A DNA stretch of 45,371 nt, from the NCBI GenBank assembly GCA_043814095.1, contig JBDRKI010000126.1:1-45371 (forward strand), given 5' to 3'. This stretch comes from Armatimonadota bacterium. Its GTDB lineage: Bacteria; Vulcanimicrobiota; JACPDS01; JBDRKI01. The position numbers and the translations under genes were made by a program. Each line of letters starts with the position of its first letter. Position 1 is the first letter of the stretch. Below, piece after piece: positions 1-10,592 of the stretch. The notes under the pieces were generated by a model. It saw only the letters and a program-made list of their open reading frames with translations. It did not search any database and was not told the DNA's origin.

Positions 1-825
1 AGTAATAAGCCCGAGCGCTTTATAGGATATCCGGGTAAGCGCTTCCAGAGCGGAACAGGATATACCGTATTCCTCAAGAAAGATACCCTTATCCTCGCCC
101 GATAGGGATGTCAGCTCCTTTTCCAGTTTAGCCGAGAGGCAGTGAATAAATATATCCTGATCTTTAAACTTATCCTTCACTTTGTTCATGAGCGTTTTAT
201 CGTTTATTTCTTCTTCCCCCGTATTTATAATAACAATAAGACATTTATCGGTCAAAAACTGATATGTTGAAAATATTTTTTCCTCTTCTTCCGAGAAGCT
301 TAATGTGCGGAGCGGCAGGCCGCTTTCAAGATGTTCTTTCATTTTTACCAGCAGATTTTTTTCCGCGTCTTTTTCTCGGGAAGCTTTTTTCTTAATGTCT
401 TCTTCAATATTTTTCAGGCGCGTTTCCATGAGCATCATGTCATGAAGCATTAATTCGCCTGTAAACCATTCTATGTCCCTGCAGGCATCTATACTGCCGT
501 CAATATGATAAATTGAATCATCTTTGAACTGCCTGACCACAAAACATACCGCGTCCATGTTTTTTAAGCTTTGAATTATTCCTTTGTCCGCGGAAGATAT
601 TTTTTCAAAAGGCTGAAGCAGCTGAAAATCTATTAACGCCCTGACCCGCCTTTTGGGATTATAAATATCCGCAACCCTTTCAAAACGCGGATCCAGAACC
701 TGTGCCGAAGCGCTGATCAGCTGTTTCTCGCCCCTGTATTTAGAATTATCAACCTGTCTGCCGGTTAATAATTCAAATATGGTTTTTTTGCCTGAATTTT
801 CAAATCCTGTAATGCCTATTTTCAT
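1..825 (-). CDS. ychF: YchF/OLA1-like Obg-family ATPase, 3' end runs off the window; degenerate G1 and G3 motifs
   Basis: Not in the ORF track; translated by hand from ATG at 825: MKIGITGFENSGKKTIFELLTG...VLDPRFERVADIYNPKRRVRALIDF...DAVCFVVRQFKDDSIYHIDGSIDACRDI...YQFLTDK...IINTGEE...SAKLEKEL...YKALGLIT. These match YchF blocks (V.D.R, DA...VVR.F.D..H..G..D..RDI, .LT.K, NxxE, SA..E.EL, LGLIT). Confidence 0.85.
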   Translation of the reverse strand, partial: MKIGITGFENSGKKTIFELLTGRQVDNSKYRGEKQLISASAQVLDPRFERVADIYNPKRRVRALIDFQLLQPFEKISSADKGIIQSLKNMDAVCFVVRQFKDDSIYHIDGSIDACRDIEWFTGELMLHDMMLMETRLKNIEEDIKKKASREKDAEKNLLVKMKEHLESGLPLRTLSFSEEEEKIFSTYQFLTDKCLIVIINTGEEEINDKTLMNKVKDKFKDQDIFIHCLSAKLEKELTSLSGEDKGIFLEEYGISCSALEALTRISYKALGLIT

Positions 826-834
826 ACATTAATT

Positions 835-859
835 ATTCAATAACATCTGCTTTATTCCT
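835..859 (-). promoter_or_regulatory. Putative sigma-H-like promoter (AGGA-N17-GAAT) of the ychF-like gene, probably leaderless
   Basis: Minus strand reads AGGA ATAAAGCAGATGTTATT GAAT, then 9 nt, then ATG, with no Shine-Dalgarno. Confidence 0.5.
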
Positions 860-938
860 TGTAAATAAATAAAACAAATGTAATTACAAAACAAGAGGAT
901 TTTAAGGTCAAATTAAGAAATAACTTCCGTAAGAGGTA

Positions 939-1280
939 TTGTTCATGAAGAAAATCACTTATATATGCCTTATTATATTTGTTTTTACCGCTGTTTTTGC
1001 GGTTACAAATATAGAGCCTTCTTATTCACAGCTCGTTATAATCGGCGGCAAATACGAGGTAACAAAAGTAGACCACCCTAAAAGACGGCTTGAAGCGTTA
1101 AATTACAAGAAAAAAGCCGGTATTGTCTATATATTGATAGACGGTAATACAAAAGTCGTTCACCCGGACGGCACCCCCACATTATGGACCAAGATAAAAA
1201 CAGGTGATATTGTAACGGTATACGGGGGATTAACCTGGGATATAAAAATAAAGGCCAAGAAAATAATACTGCCCCGTTAA
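939..1280 (+). CDS. Small exported protein, OB-fold/DUF5666-like (start may be ATG 945)
   Basis: N-terminal signal peptide (MKKITYICLIIFVFTAVFA). The pattern ID.NTKV...IKTGDIVTVYG...AKKIIL resembles DUF5666-like OB repeats. GAGG RBS upstream. Confidence 0.6.
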   Translation: MFMKKITYICLIIFVFTAVFAVTNIEPSYSQLVIIGGKYEVTKVDHPKRRLEALNYKKKAGIVYILIDGNTKVVHPDGTPTLWTKIKTGDIVTVYGGLTWDIKIKAKKIILPR

Positions 1281-1324
1281 CGCTTTTCCGGGTGCAGTAT
1301 TTGCGCGCTGACAGAGGGAGAAAA

Positions 1325-2311
1325 TTACACATGAAGCTCTATAACATCTTTATCCGCCAGGATATGGTTTCTTTCCACCATCTGTCCTTTATATTTTCCC
1401 GAACCCCATATCTTGGCAAATTTTAAGCCATCTGCTATATCCTTATGTACCATGGTAGCGGCATCTAAGACAGAGCTCCCTTTTTCCAGGACATACGGTT
1501 TTGTCATATCTGCTTCTCTGCCAGGAGGTTTTGAATACACCCTTATAATCTCAAGCTTTTCAAATATATGTTTTTTAAGCTCTTCAATATTTCTGCTTTC
1601 TTTAAATGATACCGGATGTATGGTAAATTTATCCCCGTAAAATTCTTTTAATATGGAAATGTTATCGGGAGAACCCGGCAGATCGGACTTATTCGCGGCC
1701 ACAATGGTTTTTATATAAGCCCAGTGGGTCTGGGGATTCACATTTATATTCTCTATCTCTATTTTAGCGGAGCGCAGCTTATTTATAATAAAATCCATCT
1801 GGTCAAGCATGTTATCATGGCTTACATCCACTACAAACAAGACAAGATCAACTTTTCTTAAGACATTCATAAGTTCGGGTTCGGTATATTCTTCGCTTAC
1901 GGGGGGCAGATCAATAAGCTGGATCTGGATATCCTCATAATCCATCATCCCGGGAACCGGGACTGTAGTTGTAAAGGGGTATTCCCCTACCTGGGATTTA
2001 GCGTTTGTAACCAGTGAAACAAAAGAACTTTTTCCCGTGTTGGGAAAACCTATAAGGGCAACGCTTGCCGCGCCTTCTGTTTTAACGTTAAACAAGCTGA
2101 CTCTTTTGGGCGCGCTTGCTTTCTTTTTTTCTTCCTGCTCTTTTATCTTCTTTATTTTTTTCCTTATATCAGCTACCAGTTTATCGGTGCCTTTATGTTT
2201 GGGAATAAGAGCAAGCATCTTCTCAAGCCCGGCCAGTTTCTCCTCGGGCGTCCTGGCGCGCTTAAATTCTTCTTCGGCGTCTAAATACTGGGGGGTTAAG
2301 TTCGCGGGCAC
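1325..2311 (-). CDS. DRG/Rbg-like Obg-family GTPase with C-terminal TGS domain
   Basis: G1 GFPNTGKS, G2 YPFTT, G3 variant DLPP, G4 NKSD. N-terminal helical PKHKGT segment and C-terminal TGS (FAKIWGS...HILADKDVIELH). GTG start with GAGG RBS. Confidence 0.88.
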   Translation of the reverse strand: MPANLTPQYLDAEEEFKRARTPEEKLAGLEKMLALIPKHKGTDKLVADIRKKIKKIKEQEEKKKASAPKRVSLFNVKTEGAASVALIGFPNTGKSSFVSLVTNAKSQVGEYPFTTTVPVPGMMDYEDIQIQLIDLPPVSEEYTEPELMNVLRKVDLVLFVVDVSHDNMLDQMDFIINKLRSAKIEIENINVNPQTHWAYIKTIVAANKSDLPGSPDNISILKEFYGDKFTIHPVSFKESRNIEELKKHIFEKLEIIRVYSKPPGREADMTKPYVLEKGSSVLDAATMVHKDIADGLKFAKIWGSGKYKGQMVERNHILADKDVIELHV

Positions 2312-2398
2312 AACAACCTCTTACGGATAAAATTACTTGCCCAGCATTATTTAATGCCGGGCTTTAAAGTTTGATTATATATAAGTATATACAATCAA

Positions 2399-3571
2399 TT
2401 ATTTTCTAGTCAATAGAGTGTTTTCTGTTTCTTTATCAAATATATGGATTTTCCTCATATCAAACACAACTTCTATATTCTGTCCTACGGTTGCTTTTGT
2501 ATGGGGATCAACTCTTGCCACAAAAGTAGTCTTGCCGAGCGACAGGTACAGGAACGCTTCGGAACCCATGGGCTCAAAAATATCAACCATGGCGGTTACC
2601 GTATTGTCCGGGGATGCGTCTCTTGCGAACATTTTGTCATATATATCTTCAGGCCTTAACCCGAAATATACGTCTTTATCAAGATGCGCAAGGAGCTTAT
2701 CTTTAAAGTTATCCGGTATTCTTATTGAAAAATCGGCGTTTTTAAATAACACATTACCGCCGGTGTCTTTTACGAGCCTGCCTTCGGCAAAATTCATGCT
2801 CGGTGAACCGATAAAACCGGCTACAAATTTATTCTTGGGGCTTTCATACATATTAAGAGGTGTATCTACCTGCAGTACAATACCGTCTTTTATTAAAACT
2901 ATCCTGTGTCCCAAAGTCATTGCTTCCATCTGGTCATGGGTAACATAAATAGTTGTTATGCCGAGTCTCTGGTGCAACTGCTGGAGTTCGGCTCTCATCT
3001 GCACCCTTAACTTAGCGTCAAGATTGCTTAAAGGTTCGTCCATTAAAAAGACTTTGGGTTCACGGACAATGGCTCTTCCCATGGCTACGCGCTGGCGCTG
3101 GCCGCCTGAGAGCTGTTTGGGTTTTCTGTGAAGAAGGTGCTGTATCCCTAAAAGCTCCGCTGCCGAATTAACTCTTTTATCTATCTCGTCTTTTGAATAT
3201 TTTCTAAGCTTAAGGCCGAAAGCCATGTTCTCATAAACATCCATATGCGGGTAAAGGGCGTAATTCTGGAATACCATGGCTATATCGCGGTCTCTCGGGG
3301 AGACATCATTAACCAGGCGGTCTCCTATAAAAATTTCTCCGTCGGATATGTCTTCAAGTCCCGCTACCATCCGCAGGACCGTAGTTTTACCGCATCCGGA
3401 AGGCCCTACAAAAACCATAAATTCACCGTCTTTTATATCAATATTCGCGTCCTTCACGGCATGCACATTAGCATCTTTGGAAGAAGGCTTCCAGAATTCC
3501 CACCATGATTTCTTTATAGGATGCGAACTTTGATAATATTTATTCACATTTTTAAGAATTACTTCGGCCAT
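2399..3571 (-). CDS. Carbohydrate ABC transporter ATP-binding subunit (MalK/MsmX/UgpC family)
   Basis: Walker A GPSGCGKT, Q-loop VFQNYALYPHM, signature LSGGQRQR, Walker B MDEPLSNLD, H-loop YVTHDQ, C-terminal TOBE region (GFIGSP.MN, G.RPE). GGAGGT RBS. Confidence 0.95.
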   Translation of the reverse strand: MAEVILKNVNKYYQSSHPIKKSWWEFWKPSSKDANVHAVKDANIDIKDGEFMVFVGPSGCGKTTVLRMVAGLEDISDGEIFIGDRLVNDVSPRDRDIAMVFQNYALYPHMDVYENMAFGLKLRKYSKDEIDKRVNSAAELLGIQHLLHRKPKQLSGGQRQRVAMGRAIVREPKVFLMDEPLSNLDAKLRVQMRAELQQLHQRLGITTIYVTHDQMEAMTLGHRIVLIKDGIVLQVDTPLNMYESPKNKFVAGFIGSPSMNFAEGRLVKDTGGNVLFKNADFSIRIPDNFKDKLLAHLDKDVYFGLRPEDIYDKMFARDASPDNTVTAMVDIFEPMGSEAFLYLSLGKTTFVARVDPHTKATVGQNIEVVFDMRKIHIFDKETENTLLTRK

Positions 3572-3718
3572 TACCCACCTCCGTTATTTACGGGTTGATT
3601 GCGTTAATTATAGTAAATTTTAATATTTTATTCCATATACCCCAATTTAACTCCTTTAATTAAAAAGGATTTATTTTACCTTGGAATAATTAATATATTA
3701 CAGGAAAGGGGTGTTTAT

Positions 3719-5750
<2,032 letters not shown>

Positions 5751-5768
5751 TCTTAAAGAGGTAGATTC

Positions 5769-6734
5769 ATGAATTATGCAATAGGAGTTGACATAGGCGG
5801 GACGCATATATGGGCCGGACTAATAAACAAAAAAGGCAAGATACTTGCATTTAAAAAAGCGGATTTTAACCTTAAAGAAAAAATGGGGAAGATCATAACA
5901 GATGTTTTAATCCCGACGGTTGATTCTCTTTTAAAAACAAAAAAAGCTCAGAATGTAAAAGAAAAAATATTAGGGATAGGAATAGGTATCCCCGGGAGTA
6001 TAGATTCTATAAGGGGGATTATAAAATTTACCCCAAACTTTAACTGGAAGAATATAAAGCTGGGCGAAATACTTAAAGAACACTTTGATTACCCGGTACA
6101 TATCATAAATGATGTTAACGCGGCAACTTTAGGTGAAAAATATTTCGGCGCGGGAAAAAATACGTCTGATTTTATATGCATAACCATGGGGACAGGCATA
6201 GGCGGAGGCATTATTGCCAACAATGAACTTATAATAGGCCATGAGGGCTTCACAGGGGAAATCGGCCACATTATTATCAACCCCGACGGCAAGGAATGCA
6301 CCTGCGGAAATCTGGGCTGTATGGAAGAATATGCCTCATTAAGAGGAATTACGGCAACCGCTAAAAATCTTTTAAAATACGATACGGAAAGCTCCCTGCA
6401 TAAATATAAAGACGAGCTTACCCCTAAAAAAATATATTATGCGGCCAAAGACGGAGATAAAATAGCAAAAGAAGTCTGGAAGATAACCGCGAGGTATCTG
6501 GGAATAGGCCTTGCAAACTGCGTTACCATTTTAAACCCGCAGAAAATAATATTCGGCGGCAGGATATCAACAGCGCTTCCTCTTTTTAAAAGAGAACTTA
6601 TACACCAGATAAACATGCGCGCGAGAATGATACCTAAAAACTCAACTAAAATATTAAAGGCAAAACTCGGGGACAGGGCCGGCATGATAGGCGCGGCATC
6701 CCTTATATTTAAAAAGAACGGAGTTTTTAAATAA
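5769..6734 (+). CDS. ROK family sugar kinase (glucokinase-like)
   Basis: GVDIGGT ATP motif, NDVNAA.LGE, GTGIGGG, EIGH and the CTCGNLGC.E zinc motif. No N-terminal HTH. Confidence 0.9.
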   Translation: MNYAIGVDIGGTHIWAGLINKKGKILAFKKADFNLKEKMGKIITDVLIPTVDSLLKTKKAQNVKEKILGIGIGIPGSIDSIRGIIKFTPNFNWKNIKLGEILKEHFDYPVHIINDVNAATLGEKYFGAGKNTSDFICITMGTGIGGGIIANNELIIGHEGFTGEIGHIIINPDGKECTCGNLGCMEEYASLRGITATAKNLLKYDTESSLHKYKDELTPKKIYYAAKDGDKIAKEVWKITARYLGIGLANCVTILNPQKIIFGGRISTALPLFKRELIHQINMRARMIPKNSTKILKAKLGDRAGMIGAASLIFKKNGVFK

Positions 6735-6768
6735 TCTGATCTGATAAATAAATAAAACTAATGCTGAG

Positions 6769-6805
6769 ATAAAAAAGCATTCTGTTTTACAGAATGCTTT
6801 TTTAT
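6769..6805. terminator. Bidirectional intrinsic terminator
   Basis: Perfect 17-bp inverted repeat ATAAAAAAGCATTCTGT-TTT-ACAGAATGCTTTTTTAT, with A6/T6 tracts, between convergent genes. Confidence 0.85.
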
Positions 6806-6834
6806 AATATACATCAACCCATACCGATTCTATC

Positions 6835-9642
6835 TTATTCTCCGTGAAGAAGCGTGCCGTTAGCACCTACTACATACGCGTTATCGCTTGCCGCGTTCCA
6901 GATTCCCAGAAGCGTCTGCGCGCTTCCTGAAACCATGGCTGCCCAGTCAGAACCGTCATATTTCAGGATTGTTCCTGAAGAACCTACCGCATAAACATTG
7001 GTTGCTGAACTGCCATAAATCCCCCACAAAGAATTCGCAGTGCCGCTTACCATGGCAGACCATGAAGTGCCATCATAATGTCTTATTGTACCGTCGGCGC
7101 CTACGGCAAACACATCGCTTGCAGAAGATCCCCAGACAGCATATAAGGTCTTCACTGTTCCGCTCACCTGTGCCGCCCAGTTGGCGCCGTCATAATGAAT
7201 TATTGTGCCCGATGCGCCTACGGCAAATACATCATTGGCTGAGCTGCCCCATACGCCCCACAGGTCATTAGCGGTACCGCTTACCTGTCCGGACCAGTTG
7301 GCGCCGTCATAATGCCGGACGGTACCGGACGCGCCTACCGCAAATACATCGCTTCCCGATGAGCCCCAGATACCGAATAAATTACTAGCGGTACCTGAAA
7401 CCATAGCTGCCCAGCTTGAACCGTCATAATACCTTATGGTACCGGACAACCCCGCGGCGAACACATCGCTAGAAGTATTCGCCCATACACCGTAAAGATT
7501 ATTCGCGGTACCCGAAGTCATTACTTTCCAGTTGGATGCCCCGTCATAATGAAGTATCTTGCCGGAATCTCCTACCGCAAACACATCGCTTGCCGAACTG
7601 CCGTGACTTCCTCTCATGTGACTGGTATTATCTTCCGCGGTCTGGGCCGACCAGTTAGAACCGTTGTATTTAAAGATCGTTGTGTTTCCTCCAACGGCAT
7701 ATATATTGCTGGCTGACGTTCCCCAAATATCCTGCAGCGCCGTTGACGCGGTAGCCGCATTGCTCCACGCGGCTCCGTTATAATTATATACGCCGCCGTT
7801 ATTGGCCACGACATAAACATTATTCGCTGCTGTTCCCCAACCATCATTGACATAAGCATTGCTACCGGTTACATCACCAAAACTGGAAATAGCGGCTCCG
7901 TTATAATGAAGAACCAGCCCGTTAGATCCGCATATTAAAAACACGTCATCCGTTACGCTTGCCCACAAACCCATTACAGAAGCCGGGGTAGGAGCTGTGC
8001 TTATATCTATCCAGTTATCTCCGCTGGTAATCGATTTATAAAATTCCCAGTTTGCGCCACCCAAATAAATAACGGTAGCATTCACCGCATACGCTGAATA
8101 CAAATTTTGGCCGGTAAGAGCTACCGCTGCCCAGTTCGCGCCGTCATAGCGTAAAAGCGTGCCGCTGTTTCCCACCGCGAATACATTGTTAGCGGCGGTG
8201 CCGTTAACGCTGTAAAGAGTCTGAGCCGTGCCTGATACCATTGCTGCCCAGTTAGTACCGTCATAATGAATAATAGTGCCGCTGCCGCCCACGGCAAACA
8301 CATCACTTGCTGATGTACCCCAGACATAATAAAGTGTTTGTGCCGTGGGTGATGTCATATTGCTCCATTTTGTTCCATCGTAATGAATTATCTTTCCTGA
8401 TGCGCCTACCGCAAAGATATCGCTGGCGGATGAGCCCCACACGGAAAAAATACCCGCGTCCATACCCATCCATTCAGCCGTCCACCCCGTAATGGGAAGC
8501 TCAACAACAGTATATGAAGACCCGTTTGAAGCAGTGCCGTTAACCGTAACGATAACATTGCCGGTAGTCGCGCCTACCGGAACATCGCATACAATTGAAG
8601 TATCGCTCCACAAGTCAATTGTTATGGCACTTGTCCCGTTAAATGTTACGGTTGAGGTTCCCTGTGTGGAGCCAAAATTATACCCCGATATTGTTACGGA
8701 AGATGCAACCGCCCCGCTTGTGGGATTTAAACCGGTTATACTTGGACCTATTGTAAAAGTAACACCGTTTGATGCGGTACCTCCTACCGTTATAACAACA
8801 CTCCCCGTTGTAGCTCCTGCCGGTACCAGACATATAATCCGGGTATCGGACCAGGAGGTAATAGAAGTTGCGTCAGTGCCGTTAAACGATACTGTTGATG
8901 TTCCCTGGGTAGATCCGAAATTAGTACCTGTTATTGTAACCGAATCTCCCACTCTACCGCTTGCGGGATTTAAACTGTCTATAACGGGAGCCGATGAAGA
9001 TGTAACTATAACTCCGCCTGTTAATGAGGGATTAAAACTGTCGTAATAATTTATAGAGCCTGCAGTTCTGAATGTATATGACCAGCTCTCCCCCGTCCTT
9101 ATAATCCCCGAATCAAGCTCCCCGAGTGTCCCTATAAGACGGTGGCTTGATACATCATTGTTCACAAACTGCAGGGTTGTATCCGTTACAACCGATATGG
9201 ATGAAGGGGTAAACCCGGTATCCTGTATTGTCACACCCAGGTCAGGCCTGCTTGTTATAACCTGACCCGGTACAATTGTAAGTGTGATAATCCTGTGTGA
9301 AAGAACAGTATTGCCGGAATTAAGAGCTTTTATCTCAACTGTTTTCTGGCCTGAAGGAAGCGTTAGTTCAACATTTACCTGCCCTCCGGATATATTAGTA
9401 TATTCGTAATTTTGCGAACCGCTTATACCTGTACCTGTAATACCAAGAGTAACTTTTACCGCTGATGAGGATATATATTTTCCGGATTTAGCTTCCGGCC
9501 ATAATATCTTCATTGAAAGCCGGCCTTCCTGATTAACAGAGGAAGCGCCCTCGGAAGCGCGGAACGCGCTGCATCCTGAAAAAATAAAAACGGATACCGA
9601 GAGCAGTAATATTATAATGGTTAGTGAAATATTTTTTTTCAT
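6835..9642 (-). CDS. Large surface lipoprotein: cupredoxin-like domain, two IPT/TIG domains, 14 beta-propeller repeats
   Basis: Lipobox FSGC. Plastocyanin-like segment VTIQDTGFTPSSISV...GSINYYD. Two IPT units (P.I..LNP.SG..G..VTI.G.NFGSTQG). Fourteen ~39-aa WGSSASDVFAVG.SG.I.HYDG..W repeats. Confidence 0.85.
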   Translation of the reverse strand: MKKNISLTIIILLLSVSVFIFSGCSAFRASEGASSVNQEGRLSMKILWPEAKSGKYISSSAVKVTLGITGTGISGSQNYEYTNISGGQVNVELTLPSGQKTVEIKALNSGNTVLSHRIITLTIVPGQVITSRPDLGVTIQDTGFTPSSISVVTDTTLQFVNNDVSSHRLIGTLGELDSGIIRTGESWSYTFRTAGSINYYDSFNPSLTGGVIVTSSSAPVIDSLNPASGRVGDSVTITGTNFGSTQGTSTVSFNGTDATSITSWSDTRIICLVPAGATTGSVVITVGGTASNGVTFTIGPSITGLNPTSGAVASSVTISGYNFGSTQGTSTVTFNGTSAITIDLWSDTSIVCDVPVGATTGNVIVTVNGTASNGSSYTVVELPITGWTAEWMGMDAGIFSVWGSSASDIFAVGASGKIIHYDGTKWSNMTSPTAQTLYYVWGTSASDVFAVGGSGTIIHYDGTNWAAMVSGTAQTLYSVNGTAANNVFAVGNSGTLLRYDGANWAAVALTGQNLYSAYAVNATVIYLGGANWEFYKSITSGDNWIDISTAPTPASVMGLWASVTDDVFLICGSNGLVLHYNGAAISSFGDVTGSNAYVNDGWGTAANNVYVVANNGGVYNYNGAAWSNAATASTALQDIWGTSASNIYAVGGNTTIFKYNGSNWSAQTAEDNTSHMRGSHGSSASDVFAVGDSGKILHYDGASNWKVMTSGTANNLYGVWANTSSDVFAAGLSGTIRYYDGSSWAAMVSGTASNLFGIWGSSGSDVFAVGASGTVRHYDGANWSGQVSGTANDLWGVWGSSANDVFAVGASGTIIHYDGANWAAQVSGTVKTLYAVWGSSASDVFAVGADGTIRHYDGTSWSAMVSGTANSLWGIYGSSATNVYAVGSSGTILKYDGSDWAAMVSGSAQTLLGIWNAASDNAYVVGANGTLLHGE
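6838..8439 (-). repeat. Intragenic tandem repeats (~117 bp, ~39 aa, 14 copies) encoding propeller blades
   Basis: Recurrent ccgtcataatg / gcaaacacatcgct DNA words; 14 WG(S/T)S-type protein repeats counted in the translation. Confidence 0.8.
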
Positions 9643-9691
9643 TGTTTTACCCGCAAATAATAAAAATTAAGCATTTAAATCTTAAAAAATA

Positions 9692-9716
9692 ATTCTACAT
9701 TTTTATGTAATTTCCT
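9692..9716 (-). promoter_or_regulatory. Putative sigma-H-like promoter (AGGA-N17-GAAT) of the lipoprotein gene
   Basis: Minus strand AGGA AATTACATAAAAATGTA GAAT, about 50 nt upstream of the ATG. Confidence 0.5.
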
Positions 9717-9742
9717 CTATAAACATGGCAGTTTGCGGACTA

Positions 9743-10567
9743 TTATTTTAAAAAATATAACAATACTATAACAGCGGCAAGGCCTATCCTGTAGAGTACA
9801 AATATATCAAAAGATTTTCTCTTAAGGTAATTAAGAAGAAATGCTATGCAGATATAGCCGGATATAAAGGCGGTTAATATGCCTGTAAGATATGTTAAAT
9901 TTAAGACCTGGGAAAGCTCACCTGCTTTAATTACTTTTAAAAACTTATATACAACCGCGCCCGATACAATGGGTATAAGCATTAAAAAAGAAAATCTTGC
10001 TGCGGCTTCCCGCGTAAATTTCCTGAAAATACCCGCTGTCATTGTAATGCCTGAGCGTGACACCCCGGGTATAAGGGCGATCGCCTGTGATAAGCCTATA
10101 ACCACGGCATCAAGCATATTACTTTTCTCAATAGGTCTATCCTTATCTTTTCCGTAATGATCCGCTAAGAATAAAAGTATTCCGAAAAAAGCGAGGTTAA
10201 ACGCAACAATTAAGGGACCGTTAAATTTAGCTTCAAGATAATCATCAAAAAGCCCCCCGAAAATAAATCCGGGAAGAGCGCTTAACAAAAGAAGCCATAC
10301 AAGCTTCCTGTCCGTATCATCCCCTATTTTCCTCTCTTTAACAGATAAAAAGAAGGCCTTTGCGTATCTTACTATATCTTTCCAGAAATAAAGAAATAAT
10401 GATAAAAGGGTGCCGAAATGAACGGCTAGGTCAAAGGTCTTGCCGCCTAGCTCATGCCATCCCAGAAAATACTTGGTTATAACAAGGTGCCCCGAGCTTG
10501 AGATCGGGATAAATTCCGTTATACCCTGGATTATTCCAAGAACTACGGCCTGAAAAATATGCTGCAT
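9743..10567 (-). CDS. uppP: Undecaprenyl-diphosphate phosphatase (BacA)
   Basis: QGITEFIPISSSGHL, PGVSRSGIT and AARFSFL signatures; polytopic membrane protein. Confidence 0.96.
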   Translation of the reverse strand: MQHIFQAVVLGIIQGITEFIPISSSGHLVITKYFLGWHELGGKTFDLAVHFGTLLSLFLYFWKDIVRYAKAFFLSVKERKIGDDTDRKLVWLLLLSALPGFIFGGLFDDYLEAKFNGPLIVAFNLAFFGILLFLADHYGKDKDRPIEKSNMLDAVVIGLSQAIALIPGVSRSGITMTAGIFRKFTREAAARFSFLMLIPIVSGAVVYKFLKVIKAGELSQVLNLTYLTGILTAFISGYICIAFLLNYLKRKSFDIFVLYRIGLAAVIVLLYFLK

Positions 10568-10592
10568 AATAGCCTCTTACATAAAATTACTT

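Noticed and set aside
2339-2362. Hairpin GCCCAGCATT-N4-AATGCCGGGC between the malK-like and DRG-like genes as a terminator or riboswitch
   Set aside because: No U-tract directly follows it on the coding (minus) strand and no aptamer consensus is recognisable; its function cannot be supported.
6838-8439. CRISPR array or DGR-like repeats
   Set aside because: The repeats are degenerate, in frame, about 117 bp long and encode protein blades. There are no unique spacers, cas genes or reverse transcriptase.
8492-9046. 184-aa plus-strand ORF and other antisense ORFs in the track (e.g. 2418-2948, 20029-20613, 43629-44144)
   Set aside because: They are shadows of well-supported opposite-strand genes, with no recognisable motifs.
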